This document shows, piece after piece, positions 36,095 through 46,800 of a stretch of 64,000 bases of DNA (positions are counted from its first letter, which is position 1; every line of letters starts with the position of its first letter). The notes below the pieces were generated by a model. The model was not told the origin of the DNA, searched no databases, and was given only the letters and a program-made list of their open reading frames with translations. Location: the IMG/VR virus record IMGVR_UViG_3300032242_002454, positions 140,626 to 204,625 of that record. One strand, written 5' to 3'. Both the position numbers and the translations under genes were made by a program.

Positions 36095-36439
36095 ATGGTC
36101 AAACCCGGCTATAGAACTAGCGAATTTTGGTTCACTATGGTCAGCTTTGTTTTTAGTGGACTATATTTAATGGGAATCATTGGAGAGAATAGTCAGAAAG
36201 AAGATTTGATTCAAGAAACAAGTAGAGGTCTAGAAGCTACAATACTTATTATAGGACAATTAACAGTTCTATTTAAGTATGTATCAAGTAGAGCTGAACT
36301 AAAGAAAACTTGGTGGAGCACAGCTAATCCAGAAGAAAGAAAAGTAGCAAATAGAGCTAATAGTAGAAAAAAGAAAAAACCCAAAAACACCACAGGAAAA
36401 ACCAATGCCAAATCCGATAGTCCTATTACAGATCAATAA
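36095..36439 (+). CDS. holin-like 2-TM protein
   Basis: KPGYRTSEFW, two TMs, basic C-tail. Confidence 0.65.
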   Translation: MVKPGYRTSEFWFTMVSFVFSGLYLMGIIGENSQKEDLIQETSRGLEATILIIGQLTVLFKYVSSRAELKKTWWSTANPEERKVANRANSRKKKKPKNTTGKTNAKSDSPITDQ

Positions 36440-36821
36440 CATCGTTGACTCTGCTAAAGCTATGCTTAAACAAGCAGAATCAGTAGCAGTTCCTCAAGCA
36501 TGGAATTTATTACAGTTAGCAATAGCAGATATAGTCCAACAAATTCAATTAACTCATCCAGAACTAAAAGGATCTAATAAAAAAGAAATAGCTATGAATG
36601 CCGTTTCTAGTTTTTATGATCAGGTTTTTTTAGTAGTAGAATTTCCCTTTCTACCACACTTGCTACAACCTATTATACAAAAGTACGTTAAACAGCTGTT
36701 AATGATTTTAGTTGGCGCTTCTATAGATGCTATGGTTACTACCTTTAAAAATACTGGTGTTTTCAGTACTCCAACAGTTGATAATACAGTCGATAATACC
36801 CCTAAAGTTTCAGATAAATGA
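36405..36821 (+). CDS. hypothetical helical protein
   Basis: LKGSNKKEIA motif. Confidence 0.7.
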   Translation: MPNPIVLLQINNIVDSAKAMLKQAESVAVPQAWNLLQLAIADIVQQIQLTHPELKGSNKKEIAMNAVSSFYDQVFLVVEFPFLPHLLQPIIQKYVKQLLMILVGASIDAMVTTFKNTGVFSTPTVDNTVDNTPKVSDK

Positions 36822-36836
36822 GAAAGAGAGATTCCA

Positions 36837-37226
36837 ATGAATTTCACAGAAAGTTTCCAAGAGTTTAGTAGTCGTTTGAGCACAATGGATTTGGCTCTTT
36901 ATGCTGGTGCTGGTCTTGTACTATGGGTTTTATTTAAGGATAAGTTGAGTCCCGTACAAACATTCTTGGGTGGTCTATTAGCTAAAATGAAAGGCTCCAC
37001 TCCTTCTTCTGTTGTACCAATTGTTGTACCATCAGTTGATGCTGTTGTTGTTCCAAAGTTAGCAGCTAATCAACCAGATGATACTTTTTTTAAGCTAGTT
37101 GTATCATGGAAGCAAACCAGAGATTTGGCTGTTCAAAGCGGTTGCGGCGAAGCAGTTAAGGTTGCTGACCAAATGTTTCCTTTCCTAAGTCCCAATGTTT
37201 GCAAAAAAGAGGATAAAGTATCATGA
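36837..37226 (+). CDS. single-TM membrane protein
   Basis: TM LALYAGAGLVLWVLF. Confidence 0.75.
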   Translation: MNFTESFQEFSSRLSTMDLALYAGAGLVLWVLFKDKLSPVQTFLGGLLAKMKGSTPSSVVPIVVPSVDAVVVPKLAANQPDDTFFKLVVSWKQTRDLAVQSGCGEAVKVADQMFPFLSPNVCKKEDKVS

Positions 37227-37714
37227 GCATGGATAAAAAAGTATTATTAGCACTAGGTGGTTTACTCATTTTAGTAGGTCTACTTAAGCCAGAGTTTTCT
37301 GATATGTTTAAGCCTAGACCAACTGTAGTAGATGTTCTTGAATTATCAGTACCAACAGATGAAGCTGTAAAAAAAGAAGCTGATGATGTTGTAATAGTTC
37401 TAAAAGAAGCTGGTATCAAGTCAGAAGCTAGGAAGCTAAGAGATTTATATATTGATTTAGCAAAGCTAGTTGAACTTGACGGTGAAGACGAAGTAATTAA
37501 AAGTACTGAAGAAATTCGTCAAGCTAATAGTCTAGCTGGTATTATGCTCAGATTGGATATGAAAGGTAAATATCCAAATCTAGCTAAAGAAGCAAAAGAA
37601 GTAGTAGTTGCTTCTATTGGTGATGATCAAATTCTTTTATCAAAAGAGCTAAGAGTTAAAGCTGTAGAAGGTCTTAATGCTTTAGCTTGGGCTTGCAATG
37701 AAGGGTCAAAATAA
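37223..37714 (+). CDS. membrane-anchored protein
   Basis: N-terminal signal anchor. Confidence 0.75.
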   Translation: MSMDKKVLLALGGLLILVGLLKPEFSDMFKPRPTVVDVLELSVPTDEAVKKEADDVVIVLKEAGIKSEARKLRDLYIDLAKLVELDGEDEVIKSTEEIRQANSLAGIMLRLDMKGKYPNLAKEAKEVVVASIGDDQILLSKELRVKAVEGLNALAWACNEGSK

Positions 37715-38640
37715 TGCCACGTTATTCTCCAAAAGAGCTTTACGATAACTATCGTCAAGGATTTAGTGGTTGCATATGGGAGCAACACGTATACGACCAT
37801 TTTATGGAGAATGCAAAATATCCATTGTTTGGTGATGCTAGTAAAAAAATTAAAAATTCTGGTAAAGGGAAACTTTCAACACCGTATAAGAGTGTGTTAA
37901 GGTTTGAGAAGAATCCTTATAATGAAAGACAAACTGTCGGAGATTGTGTCAGTCATGGAACACGAAATGCTTGTGATGTTACTAGAGCGGTAGAAATAGA
38001 TGTAAATCACGAAAGAGAAGATTGGGTAACAAAAGGTGCAACGGAAGCTATTTATGGTGCTAGGGGTTTTTCTGGTGAAGGCATGAGTTGTGCTAGAGCC
38101 GCTGAATTTGTTAGTAAGATTGGTGGTATAGTTCTTAGAAAGAATTATCCCGGCATTGCTGACTTTAGTAAATACAATGGCAATCTAGGTGCTGGCTGGG
38201 GAGGTCGAGGACTTCCAGATAAAGTATTAGACTTAGCCAATGATCATCAGATCAAAACTGCTTCATTAATTAGAACAGTAGAAGAGGCTCGTGATGCTCT
38301 ATCTAATGGCTATGGTATAGCAGTATGTTCTAATTATGGTTTTAGTAATACAAGAGATAAAAGGGGATTTGCTAAACAATCTGGTAGCTGGGGGCATTGT
38401 ATGGCTTGGATAGCATGTGATGATACTGGTAGTGAGCCAGCCTTTTTAGTCCAAAATAGCTGGGGAAAGTGGAATGATGGTGGACATCCCGAATGGGGTC
38501 CAATTCCAGATGGTTCATTTTTAATTCATGTTGATGTAGCTGCTGGTATGCTTGCTATGAATGGCTCATATACATTTAGCAGTTTTGACGGTTTTCCTCT
38601 CCAAAAGCTACCAAGCTACGGGTTTGAAGACTATCTCTAA
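37714..38640 (+). CDS. papain-like (C1A) cysteine protease
   Basis: Q..GDC, GHCM, QNSWG catalytic motifs. Confidence 0.9.
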   Translation: MPRYSPKELYDNYRQGFSGCIWEQHVYDHFMENAKYPLFGDASKKIKNSGKGKLSTPYKSVLRFEKNPYNERQTVGDCVSHGTRNACDVTRAVEIDVNHEREDWVTKGATEAIYGARGFSGEGMSCARAAEFVSKIGGIVLRKNYPGIADFSKYNGNLGAGWGGRGLPDKVLDLANDHQIKTASLIRTVEEARDALSNGYGIAVCSNYGFSNTRDKRGFAKQSGSWGHCMAWIACDDTGSEPAFLVQNSWGKWNDGGHPEWGPIPDGSFLIHVDVAAGMLAMNGSYTFSSFDGFPLQKLPSYGFEDYL

Positions 38641-38718
38641 AATTCGCAATTAGCTATTTTAAACCATCATCTCTATTAGGTGTATATATTTATATATCTA
38701 AATTCCTAGGAATATTTT

Positions 38719-38946
38719 ATGAACCTAAGAGAAAGATTAGAACTCCGCGCTGTCATTAACATGATCATTGGCATGATTGAAACTTTGGCAAAACTATTTA
38801 CCAAAGCTCAAAAAAAGTTTGGACCAAAACCTAAAATTGATAATCCAGACTCTCCAGTGAAACCCAATAGGCCACGACCCTTGAAAAGAGTTGTGGATAC
38901 TATTGATAATATTATACCTCTTCCATGGAGAGATAAAAATGAATAA
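38719..38946 (+). CDS. small hypothetical protein
   Basis: GGTGTA at 38679; Pro/Arg-rich. Confidence 0.65.
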   Translation: MNLRERLELRAVINMIIGMIETLAKLFTKAQKKFGPKPKIDNPDSPVKPNRPRPLKRVVDTIDNIIPLPWRDKNE

Positions 38947-39295
38947 ATTATTCGTTGGTTTATTTTGCGTTAGTTTGTTATTTACTCAGTCTCATTACTA
39001 TGGCTCAACAACGGCCCCGGTGACTCTTGCTGGAGGCATTATTAAAGCCAAGCATGTACAGGAAGTATCACAAAAGTATAAAAGAAAAGATTGTCCCGTT
39101 TGCAAGGGTAAGGGTTGGTATATGAGTGGTGATGGTATTCTTAAAATTGATTGCACATACTGTGAAGCAGATAAAGGATCGATTTCTGTAGGTCCAATTC
39201 AATCATTTAATCCAAAAGCCCCAACTCCAAAAGTATATTCAACATCACCAAATTGTCCTGATGGCAGTTGTCCTCTTAAATCCGTCAAAAAATAA
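38939..39295 (+). CDS. exported protein with DnaJ-type CxxCxGxG finger
   Basis: Signal-like N-term, CPVCKGKG...GDG...CTYC, CPDGSCP. Confidence 0.75.
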   Translation: MNKLFVGLFCVSLLFTQSHYYGSTTAPVTLAGGIIKAKHVQEVSQKYKRKDCPVCKGKGWYMSGDGILKIDCTYCEADKGSISVGPIQSFNPKAPTPKVYSTSPNCPDGSCPLKSVKK

Positions 39296-39313
39296 TCAAG
39301 GTGGTTGAATCAT

Positions 39314-41545
39314 ATGTCTGATCCAAATACACCACCACCATTTAAGATAGTAGATGATGATTTAATTTATGTTATTACTGGATACAATAAAATCAATTGT
39401 TTGCCAGACTCTAGAGAATCATCAATAGCTAATCTCAGAAAATATATCATAGATATGATTGGTGTTTCCGGAGTAGGCTTTTCCAGAGAAGGACCAGCAA
39501 CAGTATTCTCTACTGCACAAGAAGATAATTTAATAGATATCAATTATTCTAGTTCCTATCCATATACTCAGAAAATAGCAACTACTGGATTAAATAGTAA
39601 AACAGAAAATTTAATAGTAAAAGACTATGATACTATTTGGCCATATAGTGGAATACTCTATAATACTGGATTAAATGCTGTTGTTGGAAATAATGTAGAA
39701 ATACAATTTTCCACAGGAACACCGGCAGCAAATAAGTATGGTGGGGTTGGAGGAAAATATTTTAGTGGAATTATCTCTACAACAGGACTTAATTCTCGTA
39801 CAGAGAATTTAATTGTTAGAGATTTTGAAACTTCCTGGCCTTATAGTGGTATTATCTACAATACTGGATTGAATGCCAGAATTGGAAATAATATGGAGAT
39901 TCAATTCTCAACATCAACTCCGGCTGCTAATAAATACGGTGGTGTTGGAGGAAAATATACTAGCGGTATTATTTCTACTACTGGACTTAATTCTCGCACA
40001 GAAAATCTAATAGTAAGAGATTTTGAAACCGATTGGCCCTATAGCGGTGTTATCTATAATACTGGTTTGAATGCTGTTGTTGGAAATAATATGGAAATCC
40101 AATTTTCAACATCCACACCAGCAGCTAACAAATATGGTAGAGTTGGAGGTAAATATACTAGTGGCATAGTTTCAACTACAGGATTAAATGCAAGAAGTGA
40201 AAATTTAATAGTAAGAGATTTTGAAAGAGCTTGGCCTTATAGTGGAGTAATTTACAATACTGGTTTGAATGCTAGAGTTGGTAATAATATGGAAATTCAA
40301 TTTTCCACAGATACTCCCGCAGATGATAAATATGGTGGAGTTGGAGGTAAATATACCAGCGGTATTATTTCCACTACTGGATTAAATTCCAGAACGGAAA
40401 ACCTAATAGTCCGAGACTTTGAAACTGATTGGCCATATAGTGGTGTGATATATAATACAGGATTAAATGCTAGAGCTGGTAATTTAATACAAATTCAATA
40501 TCAATCATCTTCTCCGGCTGGTGGTATTTATGGTGGAACCGAAGGAAAATATAAATCAGGTATTATTTCTACAACCGGTTTAAATATGATAGATGGATCT
40601 AATATAGGTTATACTATAGGAACTTCTTTTCCTCATAAATATACTATTTTTACAGTTGACCAAGCTAGAACATCTACTGACCCAATAACATTTATTAATA
40701 ATAGCGCTAATACTATCAGTACTACATCTGGATATATAGATCCAGCAATGGTTATAGATTATAGTCCATTATATACTTCAAAACCTGGTGAAAATATTAA
40801 TTTGATTTCTTCTTTTAAATTTTTGACAGATGATAGTGGAGATAATGATTGGTATGTCTCATTTACTATGCCATTAGCTTCTACAATGAAAATAAAAGAA
40901 TTGATCCCAGTATCAGGAGTATCATATTCAACTACTGCTAACTCATGTTATATGACAACAAGAAGCGTATATAATCCAGAAACTGATGATTATATTAATG
41001 TTCCTTATTGTCAAACAACATTTAAAACTATTACAGACCCTAATCCTTCGGACTTAAGTGGTTGGACACCAGTATCAGCAGCTATAACAGCAAAATCATT
41101 CTATTTTTCTATTCTATGTAGTGGAGGATCATCGTCTGAATTTGCAAAAGGAACATTAACATTTACTAATCCTAGTGGTGCGGCTTGTTATACTGCAAAT
41201 GGTGGAGAGACATATAATTTTGGCGCAAGTTTTATTAAAGAAGCATATAGACCAAGTGGTTATGAGCTTGATCGTTTAAATCCTATGGAGATAGAATTTT
41301 TCCAACAATTATCAATTAATAGCAACACAATAAATAACTACAATGCTACCTCTCCTAAATTTAATATTTCTAATTTTGGATATACTAGAACATACAGAAA
41401 ACTTATAGGATATGGTGATTTATGTATTGGAGATGCTTGTACCTATAATGCAACACCCGTATATAGGTATTATACAGCAACTGCATATGGCCCAGCTTCA
41501 TTCACAATAGGTAAAAGATCCTTTAGAACAACAAATGTATCATAA
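39314..41545 (+). CDS. 66-aa tandem-repeat protein (likely virion appendage)
   Basis: Five 66-aa repeats plus unique C-term domain. Confidence 0.8.
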   Translation: MSDPNTPPPFKIVDDDLIYVITGYNKINCLPDSRESSIANLRKYIIDMIGVSGVGFSREGPATVFSTAQEDNLIDINYSSSYPYTQKIATTGLNSKTENLIVKDYDTIWPYSGILYNTGLNAVVGNNVEIQFSTGTPAANKYGGVGGKYFSGIISTTGLNSRTENLIVRDFETSWPYSGIIYNTGLNARIGNNMEIQFSTSTPAANKYGGVGGKYTSGIISTTGLNSRTENLIVRDFETDWPYSGVIYNTGLNAVVGNNMEIQFSTSTPAANKYGRVGGKYTSGIVSTTGLNARSENLIVRDFERAWPYSGVIYNTGLNARVGNNMEIQFSTDTPADDKYGGVGGKYTSGIISTTGLNSRTENLIVRDFETDWPYSGVIYNTGLNARAGNLIQIQYQSSSPAGGIYGGTEGKYKSGIISTTGLNMIDGSNIGYTIGTSFPHKYTIFTVDQARTSTDPITFINNSANTISTTSGYIDPAMVIDYSPLYTSKPGENINLISSFKFLTDDSGDNDWYVSFTMPLASTMKIKELIPVSGVSYSTTANSCYMTTRSVYNPETDDYINVPYCQTTFKTITDPNPSDLSGWTPVSAAITAKSFYFSILCSGGSSSEFAKGTLTFTNPSGAACYTANGGETYNFGASFIKEAYRPSGYELDRLNPMEIEFFQQLSINSNTINNYNATSPKFNISNFGYTRTYRKLIGYGDLCIGDACTYNATPVYRYYTATAYGPASFTIGKRSFRTTNVS
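39581..40585 (+). repeat. 198-bp coding tandem repeat x5 plus start of 6th
   Basis: TTGLN units start at 39581, 39779, 39977, 40175, 40373, 40571. Confidence 0.92.
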
Positions 41546-41589
41546 GGTGTATCAAATTAAGATTCAATCATTTTAATAAGGTGATAATT

Positions 41590-41994
41590 ATGACAACTCC
41601 AGATAATGCAAAACTCAAAGCTATAGCTATTAAAATTTTAGAAAAATCTAATGTTAAAAAAGACGAAGTATATGGATTTGCTATTGTTACTATCCTAATG
41701 ATCATTAGTATCATTCTCACCTGTGTAAGAATTTTACAAGAATGCAATAAAAATAAACTATCAGCTAGTTCTACAACAGAAGATAAATATGCTATGTATG
41801 GTGAGCAGTTACATACTTTTAGTGAGCGTAGAGGCTGGTTTACAAAAATGAGAATTAAGAAAATTTTACGAAGAGAAATGAATAGAGAAGATTATGAAAA
41901 ATATTCATTAAGTATTTTGAATGCTTTGTTAGAGACAGGAGAAGTTCTCACGGATGATGAGATTCAAACCCTAGTGGAGAATGCCAATGTTTAA
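41590..41994 (+). CDS. single-TM membrane protein
   Basis: TM FAIVTILMIISIILTCV; GGTGTA at 41546. Confidence 0.75.
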   Translation: MTTPDNAKLKAIAIKILEKSNVKKDEVYGFAIVTILMIISIILTCVRILQECNKNKLSASSTTEDKYAMYGEQLHTFSERRGWFTKMRIKKILRREMNREDYEKYSLSILNALLETGEVLTDDEIQTLVENANV

Positions 41995-42238
41995 TATTTT
42001 AGTATGGTGTGTTTATGGTCTATTTGTGGGGTCTATTGCCAAAAGTTTAGTTCCCGGCGAAGAAAATTTTGGCTTTGTTAAAACCGTTGCTCTTGGAGTA
42101 GCTGGTTCTTATTTAGGTGGAGCTATAATGTATTTAATGGGACAATATAGTAGCATGAGTCCAGCGGGTATATTTATGGGTGTTGCCGGTGGCACTCTTG
42201 CTCTTGTGCTTTATAATAAGGTTAATCAAATTAAGTGA
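41987..42238 (+). CDS. GlsB/YeaQ/YmgE (transglycosylase-associated) membrane protein
   Basis: W..GL.VG.IAK.LVPG...TVALGVAGS..GG. Confidence 0.88.
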   Translation: MFNILVWCVYGLFVGSIAKSLVPGEENFGFVKTVALGVAGSYLGGAIMYLMGQYSSMSPAGIFMGVAGGTLALVLYNKVNQIK

Positions 42239-42273
42239 TTTTGATCTTATTACTTTAAAGTGACTGTGATACT

Positions 42274-43854
42274 ATGCTTACTCCTAGAGAATTATACAAC
42301 CAATATACCTCTCAGATATATAATGATATTCATGGAAAAGGAACGCCATATGATCTAGTAAGATTAGTATATTTTCTGAAACATCTTAAAACACCTTGTT
42401 ACAGAAGAACTCTCAATTCTATTGTAACTAATCCAAATGGGACAACATCTGAACAAAAAGATACTTGGAATACTATTACTGATACTGGATTAGGAAAGCT
42501 TGGTATACCATTTAAATTTTTAACCAGAATAGATGCCGAAGCTTTTGAAGAAATTCAACCATCTATGGATAGTGGAACAGCTTTTGCTGTTAGAAATTCT
42601 TGTGATCTTACTAGAGCTTGTGATACAGAAATCAAAAAAGCTTATGATTTATGGGAAGCTAGGATGGCAACAGAGTATTTACAGCGTTTTGCTGGTAATT
42701 CTTTACCTGATTGTTTATTAATGCTGGGGCCTGATTTAGTATCAGAAGATACTGCTCTTAATAGATCAACAGGTTGTGGAGACCTATCCTGCATAACTAA
42801 TACTAAGTTTGAAGACGAAGTAGTGGGTGCTATTGGTGCTCCTCATTCGTGTATGCGAAATAAAACTGGCAAAAGATATTGTGGTAGCTGTGGTACTTGT
42901 GATATAGACCCAGAAGAAGATCCAGTAGGATTTGCTAATAATCCTTGCTGTACCTCACCAACTTGCGAAGATAAAATTAATAAATGTTGTCATGGACCAT
43001 TAACTTTAAGGTTTGATTTTACATATTTGCAGAGATCTGATGATAGCTTATTTGGTGGTACAGTTAATGCTGGATGGGTGGATTCAATATTTAAACATAT
43101 TGGTATTATTAAAAGAAAAAGTTATGGTGGTTATGCTAATTTCATAGATAGCAGTGGATCTAATTTTTATGCTAGTCCTGATAATGTATTTTTAAGATAT
43201 ATGCAATCTCAAAATGGATATGATTATACTAAAGATACGTCAACTTCTGGAACTATTGACAGAATCAAAACTATTTGTGGATTATTTGGTGATACAGAGA
43301 CAATTGTTAAGAATATTAAAGATTTATTATTTAATGGATATGGGGTAGTACTATTTACTAATGTCGGTTTTCCTGATATTAGAGATTCTACTGGATTAAG
43401 TTATCCAGATCGTAATTGGTATCATACCTACTCTATCATAGCTTACGATGATAGAAAAACTGAATTTAAAGAATGTGTATTTTTATTAGCAAACAGTTGG
43501 GGAGAATGGAATTCTGGAGGTAATCCTACTTGGGGACCAATACCTCCCGGAAGTTTTTTGGTAACTGAAAGTCATTTAAAATGTATGTTAGATTTCAATA
43601 GAGCCCCAGACTATAAGGGTTGTAAATCTCAATTTTGTCCACCTCCATGTCCTACACCAGAAGATTTTGCTGCTTGCACAGATGAAGGGACATGTGTTCC
43701 TTTTGAGTGTACCGATAAACAAAAGGCTTTTGGTTTAGCTTTTGCTCTTTCTATGAAAGAAGGATTTCTTCTTCAAAAGTTAGATTATGATCAATTTACT
43801 AAGCCTATTTTACCAGTGCTCGACGGATCTATAGTTTACTTTAATCCAAATTAA
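42274..43854 (+). CDS. papain-like paralog lacking catalytic Cys, Cys-rich inserts
   Basis: Colinear with 37714 gene; QPSMDSGTAF replaces QTVGDCVSH. Confidence 0.8.
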   Translation: MLTPRELYNQYTSQIYNDIHGKGTPYDLVRLVYFLKHLKTPCYRRTLNSIVTNPNGTTSEQKDTWNTITDTGLGKLGIPFKFLTRIDAEAFEEIQPSMDSGTAFAVRNSCDLTRACDTEIKKAYDLWEARMATEYLQRFAGNSLPDCLLMLGPDLVSEDTALNRSTGCGDLSCITNTKFEDEVVGAIGAPHSCMRNKTGKRYCGSCGTCDIDPEEDPVGFANNPCCTSPTCEDKINKCCHGPLTLRFDFTYLQRSDDSLFGGTVNAGWVDSIFKHIGIIKRKSYGGYANFIDSSGSNFYASPDNVFLRYMQSQNGYDYTKDTSTSGTIDRIKTICGLFGDTETIVKNIKDLLFNGYGVVLFTNVGFPDIRDSTGLSYPDRNWYHTYSIIAYDDRKTEFKECVFLLANSWGEWNSGGNPTWGPIPPGSFLVTESHLKCMLDFNRAPDYKGCKSQFCPPPCPTPEDFAACTDEGTCVPFECTDKQKAFGLAFALSMKEGFLLQKLDYDQFTKPILPVLDGSIVYFNPN

Positions 43855-43865
43855 TAAAGGCTATT

Positions 43866-46800
43866 ATGTCTCCATCAACATGGTGCGATAAAGATCATTG
43901 GTATTCTGATCAAAATTTAACAGAAAAAAATAATAGTATACCTAAAAATGAAATAGATGACGTTGAAATAGAAGGAACTGGATATACTTATTCTATCATA
44001 GATAGTACATGTTTTGGAAGAATGCCATTTTTAAAATGTCATAATCTTAATGTTGTGATAGCAACAGGTGTTATTATAGGTGAAGGAGGTTTACAATTTT
44101 CTTGTGCTAATTTAGCAGCAGACACAGTTTTCCTAGGTCCACAGAATATTACATGTCAACATTGGAATATTAATGAGTTTTGCAATTGGGATATTTCTAC
44201 ATTAATTACTTATCCTGGTCATAAATCTACTTTTTTAAATCAAATTATTTTTAGTAATCTGAATTCAGGATCTTTAGATCATACTTATATCAATGAATGC
44301 TATGTCAAATCTAATATATTAAATTTAGACCATTGTTATTTTCATGGAACCGATGATATAACAACATACATATCTTGTTCTAGTGGATTATTAATAAATT
44401 CACAAGCAAATAATAATAAAATATATTGGGAGGGTAATTTTTGGATTTCAGGTACCACGATTGATGACCAGTCAGGATTCAATAATGAATCTAAATTAAG
44501 AGGTAGTGGTCAGGGAACTTTTGATTTTACTCGATCTACTAATTTTGCGGCACTAGATGGTGATATTAAATTTGGGCATAACTCTAAGAATTATGGTAAT
44601 CTGTATGGAAATCCTATTTTTTCTGGTGGTTCTCGTAACTATGGAATAATAGTTGGTGATTGTATTTTTAGTGGAGAAAATAGTGCTAATTACGGAACTA
44701 TTTCTGGAACTAGCATTTTTGTTAGCGGAGCTTTAAATAGTGGAATTATTACTCAACCTTGTATTTTTTATTCTGGTACAAATAATTTTGGAACTTTAAA
44801 AGATTTTTCTCTTTTTTATTATGCTTATAATGGTGGATCATTAAATAATGGTTCTAAATTTATTTGTTCGGAAAATATGAGTATTGGCTTGATTCCTAGT
44901 GGTGATGTTATTTTTATAAGCGGAATAAATCGGGGTAACCTAGCTACATCTGGTAAGATTTCTTTTAGTAGTGGATGTCAAAATTTTGGTAATCTAACGT
45001 CACCTTCTGCCGAAATTAGTTTTGATTTTTATTCAAATAACATGGATCAATCAGAGATTAAAACTAGTGGTTTTGTTACATTCGGTACAGGGTGTGCTAA
45101 CTTAGGCTTAATAAAAAATGGTATTTTTAATAGTTCATCTCAAAACTATGGAACTATTTCAAATACTGGTATTTTTAAAGATTTTTCAATTAATACCGGA
45201 ATAATAACAACTGGAATTTTCTATAATTTATCTGTGAACGGAGGAAAGATTATAGATTTGGGTCAGTTTTATGGTTCATCTACGAATACCTATTATGATA
45301 TTACAGTTAACACAACAGGCATCTTCAATGATTCCTCCATAAATAATGGATTTTTAAAAAATGGATCTTTCTATAATAACAGTATAAATAATTCAGGATC
45401 AACTGCAAGAATTAAAACTTCTGGTATGTTTTATAATTCTTCAAAAAATTATGGATCTGGTTCAAATATTTTCTTTTATGATAATAGTCGTAATGGAGTT
45501 AGTGGTATTGTAGAGAGTGGTAGGTTTTTATCTCATTCTATTAACTCTAGTGGGGCTATAATTCAAAGTTTGGCTTATTTTAGTGGTAACAGTATCAATT
45601 GTGGAAATATTTTTCTTAGTGGTAATTGTGATATAGTTTTTAATGAAAATTCTATTAATAGCGGTATTATTAATAAAGATTTGGTTGTTCTTTTTTCTGG
45701 TTACTCTTCCAACAATAATTATGTAAAAAATGCTGAATTTTATAATTCTGGACAAAACGCTGTTATGGGTACTGGATATAAATTGAGTTTTTTTAATGAA
45801 TCATTCAATAAAGGATATATTGATCCTACTGGATTATTTTATGATAAATCTATGAATTTAAATAATGGAATTATAATTAATGCTATTTTTTATGATAAGT
45901 CTAGTAATAGTAGTTCCATGAGACGACCTTTGGTATCCGGCTATGAGTTTTTAACATCTGGTAATCGTATATTAAAAATAACAGATACAGCAATAAATTT
46001 TGGAGAACTAAATAATGTTGATGTTAGTTTTTCTGGTGCTAGTATTAATCAAGGGACTATAACATGGAAATTCAATCCATTATTTATTTATACTTCATCA
46101 GGTATATTTAACACTGGCACCACTCCCTATAGTTTTGTTGCGACAGGAATATTTTTACAAAATTATAGTGGAGCAAGTATTCCTACAGTTAATTTTAATG
46201 AATATTCAACTAATCAAGCAAATATAGTTGGATACAGAGATGTTTTATTCAATGGTACTACCATAATAGATTATAGTGGGGGTGTTACAAACTACGGATC
46301 TATTTCGACATATCCTCCAGTGCCTAAGGATAGTTTTTGTGTTAGTTTTATAAATGGAACTAATTATGGGCCAATTCAAAATTTGTCTATTTTCTATAAG
46401 TCCATTAATTATGATGTTTTATTTATAGCTGAATTTGATCAAAGTATTAATTCTGGAACAATTATTGATTATGGGTCGTTTTATAAATCCATAAATTATG
46501 GTAATGTTAATTATGGATTTTTTCAATCAAAAAGTATTAATAGTGGAATTGTTAATATTGGTAATTTTCAACAATCATATAATTTTAATCGTATAAATAT
46601 TGGAGATTTTTATCAAGGTTCAATAAATACTCTTTCTGGAATTATTTCAAATTCAGGAAGCTTTTTTTCAAATAATCCTCCATCTATCAATTATAGTACA
46701 ATTATAACTCCTATAATATGTTTTTCTGGCGATTCAAAAAATATGGGAAGGGTAATGGAAGCATATTTTTCTGGTACAGCTATTAATGATGTATCTGGGA

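Noticed and set aside
39581-40585. CRISPR array or DGR template/variable repeats
   Set aside because: Repeats are in-frame coding units with synonymous divergence, have no spacers or adenine-specific pattern, and no cas or RT gene is present
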